From Euryarchaeota archaeon UBA558 (lineage in GTDB: Archaea; Thermoplasmatota; Poseidoniia; Poseidoniales; Thalassarchaeaceae): a stretch of DNA of 64,000 nucleotides. This document shows, one piece after another, positions 53,988 to 63,008 of the stretch. Location: the NCBI GenBank assembly GCA_002507175.1, contig DAZE01000021.1:26695-90694 (forward strand). The letters run 5' to 3'. Every line of letters begins with the position of its first letter. The first letter of the stretch is position 1. Both the position numbers and the translations under genes were made by a program. The notes below the pieces were generated by a model. It searched no databases. It saw only the letters and a program-made list of their open reading frames with translations, and had not been told where the DNA came from.

Positions 53988-56132
53988 TCATATCCATGCC
54001 AATGCTTCCCTTGGAACAATCGCCACAGATTCACCCTTTACCCTGCCAGTGAACTCTAATTCTACGGTTTCTGGAATTGTGTCCAATTTCAACTGGAACA
54101 TAATGGTCTGCCCCTCGCTCAGATCGCCCAGCATAACTTCATCGTCGCTGAATATCGATTTCGATGATAATTCGACAATTTTGGATCGAGTACCGTCTGG
54201 ATATGATAGCCTAAGGCATGCTAATTTCCAATCAACTTTAGCATAGATGCCGAACGTCAGGACCCCATTCTTTGCATCGTCAAGCCACATGCCAATGTCA
54301 CCCATAGGATTTGATACCGAGACGCTGGCGATATCCATCTCAGGCAGCCCTTTCTCAATGAGGAAACTCGCTCTTGATGTGGTCAAACCGTGTCCATGGA
54401 AACTCATCAGCGCACTCTCTAAATTTCCTTCGGATTCTCTCCTCCTCAACTCATTTACAATATTCTCGATGGCACCCTTATTAATTGGATCAACAGGGGT
54501 TTTGCCGAGGATTCTCCTCATTATCTCCTTCCTCATGAAGAAGGCGACTAAGACTGATGGCGCCAATAGGAATAGCCCTGCGAAAATGTAGTAGGGCGTG
54601 GCTTTAGATGATAGATCTACAAATACTCCGGAATCTAAAGGCTGAGGTTGGCTTGTAGTTAAAATAAACGAATATGCCCCAACATTTTGAGGGGATCCCT
54701 CAACCCTAATTGCGTGGATCCCCATCGGAAGGAATAGTTGTGATCCATTGCTCGAATTTTTGATTTGATATGTTCCTGATTGCGTCAATTCTTGTATCTG
54801 GATACTTGCTGACCCTGATTCTGCCACAGCACGCATTAATGATCCTGATTCGGAATTTATCGAAATGAGATAAGTATCGATCATGTCCATGCCGAACACA
54901 TCTCCTTGAAGTCGATATGTCGATACAGCAGGACCTGATTCATTTGAATCAACAACCATTTCTGGCCAATAATTGATCCTTGAATTATCAGTGGGCAAGT
55001 TATCTGGGGCATCACCAAAATATACTAGATCCCCGCGAAGTAACAACCCTGAGAAGTCAGTTGAGTTTGATGTAAGCTTAACTTCTCCAGAGTAAATCAT
55101 AGGGGTCATCGCATGAAATCTAATTTCCAGTGAAATGGCTCCTGAAGAGGTAATTCCAGCATCCGGACCAAGATCTTCCGAAACCTCCCCGTTCAACAAG
55201 TGTTCGTGAACGGATACAAAGGAGTCATTATTTCCATGGTTAAAAATCTGAACCTCATAGGTAAAACGGCCGCCTACGGGTATCAAAAAAGAATCCACGT
55301 CACTCTGTTTATGGCTAATTCCTGTGAATTTATAGTTTGATTTCGGCTGATGTATTCTGTTCGAAGAGTAATTGTGTTTTGCTGGGGCGTCTGCTTCATT
55401 ATGTGATACAAACACATTTGCCATGTACACCGAATCTCTTCGATCCGCTTCTGCTGAAGAAACCACCATCCATATTTCCTCGTTAGAGCCTGCAACTACG
55501 GCCAGATCCCTAATCTCATGAACACCATTTTGAAGGGAACTTGTCAACCTCCCGGCCATTAATCGTGATCCATCAGATGCAATTTTCCAGATCTCAATTA
55601 TCACGGGGGCCTCGGATTGGAATTCCTCGATGTAAGTCGAACTGTTTGCTGAAATCAACCAATAATCCCTATCTCCACCAGTATTTAGCCATCCAGACAT
55701 CCTCTTGGTCGTTAGTTTTGACATTTCACACAATGAGTCGATACAACCTTGTGTGATAGGTAGACTGTTGTTGGTTTTGGCCGTCGTCAACGAGTCCTCA
55801 ATGTCTACTGTCTCATGGATGTAGTCAGCATCAGAAGTTAATACTCTTGCATGAGCAACTCCGGATGAACCGGGAGCACTGACAACTCGGTAGTCCAGTA
55901 CCCCCTCAGCATTACCAGACCATGAAAAACTATCTGCAAAGGTCGAATTGATTTCTGAAATCACCTCCAGAGTATGACCAGAACAACTTCCTTGATCACA
56001 TATCAGAGTGATGTAAGTTGGGCCTGAAACCAATACGCTCTCAACATCTGAATCCACGTTCTGGGCATATGTAATTGGGCTAGCTAACAATGGGATGAGA
56101 ACAATCACAAACATTGGGACCGCGCATCTCAT
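53988..56132 (-). CDS. hypothetical bitopic surface protein with a ~190-aa cytoplasmic C-terminal domain
   Basis: 714 aa with signal peptide MFVIVLIPLLASPITYAQ. The ectodomain has three PPC-like 'D.D.(Y/F)LI' modules (GGDRDYWLISAN, SDVDSFLIPVGG, DMIDTYLISINS). The TM is YYIFAGLFLLAPSVLVAFFM, followed by an unrecognised cytoplasmic domain. Confidence 0.65.
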   Translation of the reverse strand: MRCAVPMFVIVLIPLLASPITYAQNVDSDVESVLVSGPTYITLICDQGSCSGHTLEVISEINSTFADSFSWSGNAEGVLDYRVVSAPGSSGVAHARVLTSDADYIHETVDIEDSLTTAKTNNSLPITQGCIDSLCEMSKLTTKRMSGWLNTGGDRDYWLISANSSTYIEEFQSEAPVIIEIWKIASDGSRLMAGRLTSSLQNGVHEIRDLAVVAGSNEEIWMVVSSAEADRRDSVYMANVFVSHNEADAPAKHNYSSNRIHQPKSNYKFTGISHKQSDVDSFLIPVGGRFTYEVQIFNHGNNDSFVSVHEHLLNGEVSEDLGPDAGITSSGAISLEIRFHAMTPMIYSGEVKLTSNSTDFSGLLLRGDLVYFGDAPDNLPTDNSRINYWPEMVVDSNESGPAVSTYRLQGDVFGMDMIDTYLISINSESGSLMRAVAESGSASIQIQELTQSGTYQIKNSSNGSQLFLPMGIHAIRVEGSPQNVGAYSFILTTSQPQPLDSGVFVDLSSKATPYYIFAGLFLLAPSVLVAFFMRKEIMRRILGKTPVDPINKGAIENIVNELRRRESEGNLESALMSFHGHGLTTSRASFLIEKGLPEMDIASVSVSNPMGDIGMWLDDAKNGVLTFGIYAKVDWKLACLRLSYPDGTRSKIVELSSKSIFSDDEVMLGDLSEGQTIMFQLKLDTIPETVELEFTGRVKGESVAIVPREALAWI

Positions 56133-56193
56133 GACGTTCCCAGATGCCCCTCACCTTAGAATCCTTCAAGCGATTGATTACATTCCATCAAAC

Positions 56194-57990
56194 ATGGTCA
56201 CCATACCATCGTTGGGAAGGACCGTGACCTCGAGGGTTAGGTTTGCCAGAATTTTCGCACTTGGTGATAGATCCAATCCCAGTGCCAACACCCCCTCAAT
56301 GGTATTGATGGATGACGACGATCCTTTGGAGGTAGCGTATGCACCTTTCCGTATGTCCAGAGACTCAAGCAAAACTCCAGCCGAATTAAAAATGAAAACT
56401 CGAGCAAAGTTGTGCCCGCCTTTCAATGACATTGTGACATGGAAGGCTAGTGAAGGCCTTTCTCTTCCACCTAGCCTGATTGAATCAGACGCAGGAATTT
56501 TCCCCCATGGTAACGCCTTCCTACCCATAACTGCCCAATCCCTCTTTCATGATTCAAATCTTTCAAACATAGAGTTTGAACCCTCAATCATTTGTTTTGT
56601 AGACTCCTTACAACTTGTAAATAATGATAATTTATTGATCAAATCCCTACATTCCGTGAAGCGGAGATTCCCCTCATCGTTAATCTGGATGCCTGGAGTT
56701 TCAGGTCCCGATAATTGTTCACTCTTAGCCTGGTTGGGGGTGGACCTCATGGATCTAATTAGAGTAAAAAGGGCATTCTCCAAAGGAATCCACATATCCG
56801 CTTTTGGACCAATAAAAATAGACAAATCTATGAATCAGACGCAGGCTTGGGAGAAGCAAATACAGTTTTGGAAAGACTCAATCAACACAACGAGAGAAGC
56901 AATTCGTGTTGGGAACATAAGGCGAATTGTCGAAGCAACCTGCCTATCAAGCCCACGCTCTGTTCAAAGATTGAGGAGACATGATAATTTCATGTCTAAA
57001 ATTGCAATAAGCGATCCAGGGAATGCTGGCCTTGCATCGTCGATGCCACCCGGTACGGTGCTTGAGTGTAATTCACGAGATACAAGAGATGATCCATTAA
57101 TTAGGTACTGGCAAGACAGGGTGACCGAGAATTGGAATCCAAACCCACATCAATCTAAGATAGCGGTTTTGCTCCCTTGTTCGGCAGTCAAACCATACAG
57201 AAAGTCCCCTAGTCATTCTAGGTTCAGACATGCAATAAATTCACGTTCGGTCAGTGAAATAATGATCACTGCCCCGCTGGGAATTGTCCCTAGGGACCTA
57301 GAAGTGTTGTGGCCTGCCTCATCATACGACATTCCAGTCATTGGGGAGTGGGATTCAGATGAATTACATACAATCAAAACCATGTTGTCCAAAATAAATT
57401 CAAGGGTAGGTTTTGAGGTGGTAATTAATCATTCAGGAATTGAAATTGAGCTAGAAGACACCGTGGTTATCAACACGAGGGAATCCGATTCGGCAGGGTC
57501 TGAGAGTGCTCTGAAAAGACTTTCCGAGGCAGTCCGTGAGAATGTGGGTTCCTATGGACTTAAAGAACCAAAAAGATCTGTCGCACTATTGGCATCTTTC
57601 AGGTCAATATCAAGACACTTGCTGGGCGGAGATCAATGGCTCTCGAACGCAAAGATCACGGGTAAAGCACCCGACTACAGGATTATGATAGAATCCGACC
57701 AAATCGCACTCTGGGATAGCAAAAGGGGTAGATTTGCGTTTTCAAAGGCCGCATTAGAGGTGCTAAAGCATACGAATCTACTCCCCAAGGTAGAATTGAT
57801 AGAGGGCTTCAAGTGGTCAGGAGACTTATTTTCTACCAACATATCGAGTTATTCAGGATCACCAAGAATAGGGGATGACATGTTGGTATACCAAGGCGGG
57901 ATTTTAGTCGGATCCGCTAGGGCTGTAGCCCCTGCATGGGAATGGCCGACTGCCCCTGGCGCCCTTGCTAGGGCACGCCACAGAGTCTAA
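56194..57990 (+). CDS. arcS: archaeosine synthase ArcS-like protein (DUF5591 + C-terminal PUA)
   Basis: KIAVLLPCSAVKPYRKSPSHSRF matches the DUF5591 'PCSxxKPY' core. The C-terminal segment IGDDMLVYQGGILVGSARAVAPAWEW is PUA-like. The start is uncertain: the ATG at 56131 would interlock with the divergent gene's start codon (CAT at 56130-56132), so the ATG at 56194 is chosen. Confidence 0.55.
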   Translation: MVTIPSLGRTVTSRVRFARIFALGDRSNPSANTPSMVLMDDDDPLEVAYAPFRMSRDSSKTPAELKMKTRAKLCPPFNDIVTWKASEGLSLPPSLIESDAGIFPHGNAFLPITAQSLFHDSNLSNIEFEPSIICFVDSLQLVNNDNLLIKSLHSVKRRFPSSLIWMPGVSGPDNCSLLAWLGVDLMDLIRVKRAFSKGIHISAFGPIKIDKSMNQTQAWEKQIQFWKDSINTTREAIRVGNIRRIVEATCLSSPRSVQRLRRHDNFMSKIAISDPGNAGLASSMPPGTVLECNSRDTRDDPLIRYWQDRVTENWNPNPHQSKIAVLLPCSAVKPYRKSPSHSRFRHAINSRSVSEIMITAPLGIVPRDLEVLWPASSYDIPVIGEWDSDELHTIKTMLSKINSRVGFEVVINHSGIEIELEDTVVINTRESDSAGSESALKRLSEAVRENVGSYGLKEPKRSVALLASFRSISRHLLGGDQWLSNAKITGKAPDYRIMIESDQIALWDSKRGRFAFSKAALEVLKHTNLLPKVELIEGFKWSGDLFSTNISSYSGSPRIGDDMLVYQGGILVGSARAVAPAWEWPTAPGALARARHRV

Positions 57991-58049
57991 ACGTCTGCGT
58001 AGCGGTTAAAGAGGGGCAGCAGATCGGCACGAACTGGAGGATACCCATT

Positions 58050-58508
58050 ATGGCGAGGATGCACAGCGGGGGCAAGGGACAAAGCGGGTCAACAAGACCT
58101 TTTATCAACACTCCACCAGAGTGGTCAGAAACGGACAAAGATAGCATTGAGTCAATGATCCTGAAGTATTCAAAGGAAGGCAAGTCGTCCTCCGAGATAG
58201 GCATTATACTTAGAGATCAACATGCGATTCCAGATGTCAAATTAGCAACTGGTGAAAGAATATCCGCCATAATCGCTCGGAATGGAATGAAACCAAGCTA
58301 CCCCGAGGATATGATGAACCTCATGAGGCAGGCGCAGAGGATAATTGACCATCTGGAATCCGGCAACAAGAAAGATATCCATAATCGTCGGCAACTTGAG
58401 TTGACAGAATCTAGGCTTAGAAGGCTGGCTAGGTACTACCGAGATAACGGTAAAATTCCAGGAGATTGGACTTACAAAAGGGACCAACTTAGGTTAATGA
58501 TCCAATGA
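58050..58508 (+). CDS. rps15: 30S ribosomal protein uS15 (S15P/S13e)
   Basis: 152 aa with the N-terminus MARMHSGGKGQSGSTRP and a C-terminal S15 helical domain (LESRLRRLARYY). Confidence 0.9.
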   Translation: MARMHSGGKGQSGSTRPFINTPPEWSETDKDSIESMILKYSKEGKSSSEIGIILRDQHAIPDVKLATGERISAIIARNGMKPSYPEDMMNLMRQAQRIIDHLESGNKKDIHNRRQLELTESRLRRLARYYRDNGKIPGDWTYKRDQLRLMIQ

Positions 58509-60500
58509 TTAGTCCAATCTTAACGTCACGAAACAGCCTGAGCAGGTAGTTCGAAAGGGCCTCTCTGAGCTGTGTACCACGTTTGGTGTGCTGCAACTAG
58601 GGCATGTGATTGTAGGCAATGACCTACCCTCAATCCCCTTGTTTTTGCTACGTGGCGAGACTAGTGCCACAGGGAAAACCCCAATCAGCCCGGCAGCGCC
58701 GACCCCGAACACCAAAGGCAGGTCGAATCCACCAACATAGACTATGAACGACATGAAACCGAACAACGTCGCCGTTGCAACGGAGGGCGCCCTTATCCTA
58801 GTTTTAGTCAAGTAAAGTGACAAACCAGCGGTTATCGACATAACCAAAACAAGTATCAGGGCAGAGACGAGTGGGCTACCGGCTGGAGAAGACGGGGGAT
58901 CATAAGTCACTGAAAATATCAATTCAGGATCCAAATCAGGTTCTTCGAACGACAATGTCTCTAGGAATATCCACCTTCGATGCTCTATATCCAAATCCCC
59001 TGATGATACAGCTCCAAATCCCCCGAGTGCGGACCCCCTAAGTCCTGCACTCAGGTCAATGTTGGTAAACCAGTCAGACCTACCGGGTTGTACGAATGTT
59101 CTGACTAGAAATTCCGTGCCCCCATCTATACCCGGGGTGTATCTTACTTCGAGCGTTATTGTGACCGATTCTGAAGAAAAAGCTCTGGTTGCTCCGAAGT
59201 CTATTGAAACATCTCGCTGGGATAGATCAACGAGATCTGCACCGAGAAGAGACTCGACGTCTATTCCAAGGCCGTTATTCATGAATGATCGAATGTTAGA
59301 GGCTGAGGTCTGCAAGTGCTGGGTCAAAGCAGCGCTTTCAGCATCATCTACCCTTCCGTTGTGCTCCTCGCCGATTGACAAAGAATCTTCATATGAGTCC
59401 AGGTTCTTCCACCAGGAACTGCCGCTAAGAGTGTTGTTTCCTATATTATCCAGCCCCCATCGAATCCATTGAGCCATAGCACCGTCAACGGTTATCTCTA
59501 GATCCTTATCGACGATCGATGCAGTGGCCCTTCCTGAAATGTCTATTTCCAGATTTGTACCCGAGTCCCTTTTGGGCTCTTCTTCTGGATACCAATCCCC
59601 TGTTCCCCCGTCACCATCAATATCAACTTCATAGGTTCTAACTGACTCCAGCGTCGCACCGGGGTGAGGACTCACTCTAAACGTCACTTGGACCCCTGAG
59701 CCAGTGTAAGAGTCGGGCCATTGCCACACGAAAACGATCCTGACGCCGTCTTCTATTTCTGTGATTACCGGACTTGTCGACAGGAGTTCGGACCCGACTG
59801 TCGCGGAACCGGTACTACGCTTATTCCAAAGATCGATTCCAAAATTAGATTTTATCTCAACGGGGAAATAGGCGATTCCATCATTTGCCGATACATCCCC
59901 CATTGTTGCCTCGCCAAAAGGAAATTTTGCCAACATACCAGCATCCTCTGTATCACCCCAGTAGAATCTGATACCTGCGTTATCTCCTGGTGCTGAGAAG
60001 GATAAAGACTGGACCTCCAGAGTGAACCGGATCTGATCTCCCTCCGAAACCGATCCCGACGAAATCGATATGGGTACTGATAATACGCCATTAGTAACAA
60101 GTAGCCCTGGTCCTGATGACCCCGAGTAATAACTCCCTCCGATGTTTATTCCTACCGTGGCATTGAATTGGAGGCCTGTGGCCCCCACTATCTCATAGGG
60201 TATCTCAAACGTCCATTCGGAGGCAGGGTAATCATCGTCTATGGACCACACTGTACTCCACTTTCCTATTTCTATAGCTCCCAACACCGAGGGTGTGACA
60301 ACTGCGGAGTATCTCTGGTCTAGGTTCGAGGCAAAAGGGGTCAGTCCCCCAGACTGTGCTTCTCCCGTCAAGAACATCTTGAATCCATCTTGCTCACAAC
60401 ATGACCCGTTATCTTCAGCATTAGAAATACCTGTAAATGGTACTAAAAAAAGCAAAACGAGCACAGTTATGGTCTCCGCATGCTTCGTCCCCATGACCAC
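58509..60500 (-). CDS. hypothetical surface protein with C-terminal TM cluster and cytoplasmic zinc ribbon
   Basis: 663 aa with signal peptide ITVLVLLFLVPFTGISNA and a large ectodomain. There are about 3 TM segments (LVSALILVLVMSITAGLSLYL, LFGFMSFIVYVGGF, VFGVGAAGLIGVFPVALV). The terminus is CPSCSTPNVVHSSERPFRTTCSGC. The stop abuts the rps15 stop. Confidence 0.65.
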   Translation of the reverse strand: MVMGTKHAETITVLVLLFLVPFTGISNAEDNGSCCEQDGFKMFLTGEAQSGGLTPFASNLDQRYSAVVTPSVLGAIEIGKWSTVWSIDDDYPASEWTFEIPYEIVGATGLQFNATVGINIGGSYYSGSSGPGLLVTNGVLSVPISISSGSVSEGDQIRFTLEVQSLSFSAPGDNAGIRFYWGDTEDAGMLAKFPFGEATMGDVSANDGIAYFPVEIKSNFGIDLWNKRSTGSATVGSELLSTSPVITEIEDGVRIVFVWQWPDSYTGSGVQVTFRVSPHPGATLESVRTYEVDIDGDGGTGDWYPEEEPKRDSGTNLEIDISGRATASIVDKDLEITVDGAMAQWIRWGLDNIGNNTLSGSSWWKNLDSYEDSLSIGEEHNGRVDDAESAALTQHLQTSASNIRSFMNNGLGIDVESLLGADLVDLSQRDVSIDFGATRAFSSESVTITLEVRYTPGIDGGTEFLVRTFVQPGRSDWFTNIDLSAGLRGSALGGFGAVSSGDLDIEHRRWIFLETLSFEEPDLDPELIFSVTYDPPSSPAGSPLVSALILVLVMSITAGLSLYLTKTRIRAPSVATATLFGFMSFIVYVGGFDLPLVFGVGAAGLIGVFPVALVSPRSKNKGIEGRSLPTITCPSCSTPNVVHSSERPFRTTCSGCFVTLRLD

Positions 60501-60551
60501 GCCCCTGCGGGATACTGCTTGAATGCGCCGCTCAAAATCTTTCAGACGACG

Positions 60552-62252
60552 CTATCTATGTAGCCAATGAAGAACTCGACTGTCGTCAGACCATTCCATT
60601 ACCTTTGCAAAGCCACTCCTTTCCATTTGAATGACCTCTCCAACGATTAATTCCGCATTTTCGACGAGGCAGCTTTTCCGACTCAGATCAGGACCATCTG
60701 GTATTACAAGAGTGCAATCTCTGACTGACTCAGCACTAATCCAATTGATTATCTTCCTATCATCGCTTTTTTTCGTTGAAACTATGTGGTAATTATCATC
60801 GATATTTTCAATATCGGCAAAATCCTTCAATCTGATTTTGTCCTCCTGATCCAACCTTTCAATTATGAATCGTCCCATTTTAGTTGAATGAACCCTATTT
60901 CCAAGAGATGCGTCGTCAGGGTGAGATGGAAGTACGGCCTTTTTCGGAACATCGCCAGTAATCTCTATTTCAACGGGGTCCAAAATAACTGAAATACGAC
61001 GTGACGTTGGGTCTATCTTCGCAGAATTTACCGCATTGAGGGATTCTAATGATATTGCCACGTCTTTTTGTGTTATCCCCATTTCTGTCCAGAACGACGT
61101 TATGGCTTCCGGGTCATACCCCCTCTTCCTCATTGACATCAACGTTGGAAGCCTAGGGTCATCCCAACCATTGTAAACACCCGAGTCAATGTCTTCTCTC
61201 ATCGTACTTGTTGAGAATGAACCCTGATCATGAACACTGACTCGCCCCCAATACAAAGTCTCGGGATAAGTCCATCCAAAGTGGTTGTACAACAGGATTT
61301 GCTTTCTGGTCGAGTCCATCAGGTCCTTTCCCCGAATGATATGGGTCACACCTTGCTCATGATCTTCAATTGCGCTCTGAAAGTCGAGTAGTGGCCATAC
61401 GTTGTACAAACCCCCAACTAGAGGATGAATGTTCTTCTGTATTCTCCATGCAGGCCAATCTCTAAGTGCTGGATTTGGAAGGGTCATGTCTGTCTTGACC
61501 CTAATTATCGCATCACCAGGCTTCATGCCCCCTTTTTGCATAATGTTCCAAAGCTCCATATTTTCTTGAGTTGGCCTATTTCTGTGTGGGCAGGGGGCCA
61601 TCGAAATCCTGTGTTTCTTGAAGTCATCACTACTACATTCGCATACATATCCATAACCCTCCGAGAGAAGTTTGTCCGCGTACTCCAGATAGATTGGCAT
61701 CCTTTCACTAGCCTTGATTGTGATGTCCGGTTTAGAGCCGGTCAGCCATTCAAAATCCTCAATTATCCATTCATAAGCCTCTATGAGCGGAGGCTTCACT
61801 ACAGTGTCAGTATCGTCGAATCTGAGTACTATTTTCCCCTTGTATCTTACAGCGTAGTGATTGTTGATGACTATGCCTCTGGAATGGCCCAAAGATAGAG
61901 GCCCGTTTGGATTAGGTGCAAACCTGAGTACCACTCCATCCTCAGTATTCTCCAGAGGTTTAAGCCCGGCGTTTTTCTCTTGGCGAACTCTATTTACCGC
62001 GCGCGGGTCAATGTTTTCTATTTCTCTTCGAACATAATCTGCCCCGTTTTCAATCATAGAATTGTTTGCATCCTCAACCTCTTTAGAAACCAAGGACATC
62101 AAATCTTTGGCCTTTGGTCGGAGGTCCTGTCGTTCCGATAACAGCCGCCCCAATGTGGACCCAACTTGCCCCTTTCCATCATATTCTAGGGCGTTTTGAA
62201 GAGCATACTTCCTCACTAGGGGAATTACATCATCATCCACAAGATCACCCAT
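60552..62252 (-). CDS. gltX: glutamate--tRNA ligase (archaeal type)
   Basis: 566 aa with the class I signature RFAPNPNGPLSLGHSRG, and length and architecture typical of archaeal/eukaryal-type GluRS. Confidence 0.9.
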   Translation of the reverse strand: MGDLVDDDVIPLVRKYALQNALEYDGKGQVGSTLGRLLSERQDLRPKAKDLMSLVSKEVEDANNSMIENGADYVRREIENIDPRAVNRVRQEKNAGLKPLENTEDGVVLRFAPNPNGPLSLGHSRGIVINNHYAVRYKGKIVLRFDDTDTVVKPPLIEAYEWIIEDFEWLTGSKPDITIKASERMPIYLEYADKLLSEGYGYVCECSSDDFKKHRISMAPCPHRNRPTQENMELWNIMQKGGMKPGDAIIRVKTDMTLPNPALRDWPAWRIQKNIHPLVGGLYNVWPLLDFQSAIEDHEQGVTHIIRGKDLMDSTRKQILLYNHFGWTYPETLYWGRVSVHDQGSFSTSTMREDIDSGVYNGWDDPRLPTLMSMRKRGYDPEAITSFWTEMGITQKDVAISLESLNAVNSAKIDPTSRRISVILDPVEIEITGDVPKKAVLPSHPDDASLGNRVHSTKMGRFIIERLDQEDKIRLKDFADIENIDDNYHIVSTKKSDDRKIINWISAESVRDCTLVIPDGPDLSRKSCLVENAELIVGEVIQMERSGFAKVMEWSDDSRVLHWLHR

Positions 62253-62255
62253 GAC

Positions 62256-63008
62256 TCAATTCAACCGGTCCCTCAGGTATGTTGGATTCAATCCTTGCTG
62301 TAAAACAATACCGTTTATTGTTCTAGCTGGTATAGGAACAGTATGGTTTTTCTTCCAGGCGTTTATTGTGGTCGCCCATGTCCAACGAAGTGAGACATGC
62401 GGGATATCCCCCTTAGTTAGCGCCTTCAATGCCTCTATCGTTTTAGGGTCAGATGGATAACCAGAGCCAATATTGAACCCTAAATCATTGCTTAAATTAG
62501 ATATTGCCCTATCTCTGAATTCCTTAGCCATGATTGAGGCTGCTCCTGTGACAGCACAATCGTCATCCATTCCTTTTCTACTTTCGAAATGCAAGTTAGG
62601 TCTTTCGAAGTGCAATTTTCTGTACATCCTCTCAGCAAATAATTTGGGGTTATTACCGATTGGATCCAAATTGACTTTCGCATTTGTGTGTGTCAAAGTA
62701 ACTCTTTTTATTGCCTCGATAAATAACTCTTCCTCGATTTCATTCAACGACTTGAGAGACCTAGAAATGTCGATAGATTCTGGGCTGATCGGGAGCACGC
62801 AATACTTCCAATCACTTTCCTCCGAAATTTCTAGAATTCCCTCCTCAATCTTTTTTCTCATGGCTTGGGATATCCTCTTTGAATCTCTCACGCCTAATTT
62901 AATTAATCTTTCAACATCTTCCACGGGTACAGCAAGCGAAGCAACTACCAAAGGCCCGATAGCCGGCCCTCTTCCGACCTCATCCACACCAATCACATAT
63001 GATTTCAA
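62256..63008 (-). CDS. rnhB: ribonuclease HII
   Basis: IGVDEVGRGPAIGPLVVA (the DE active-site motif), DSKRIS and GSGYPSD motifs. It starts 4 nt before the upstream gene's end. Confidence 0.9.
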   Translation of the reverse strand: MKSYVIGVDEVGRGPAIGPLVVASLAVPVEDVERLIKLGVRDSKRISQAMRKKIEEGILEISEESDWKYCVLPISPESIDISRSLKSLNEIEEELFIEAIKRVTLTHTNAKVNLDPIGNNPKLFAERMYRKLHFERPNLHFESRKGMDDDCAVTGAASIMAKEFRDRAISNLSNDLGFNIGSGYPSDPKTIEALKALTKGDIPHVSLRWTWATTINAWKKNHTVPIPARTINGIVLQQGLNPTYLRDRLN

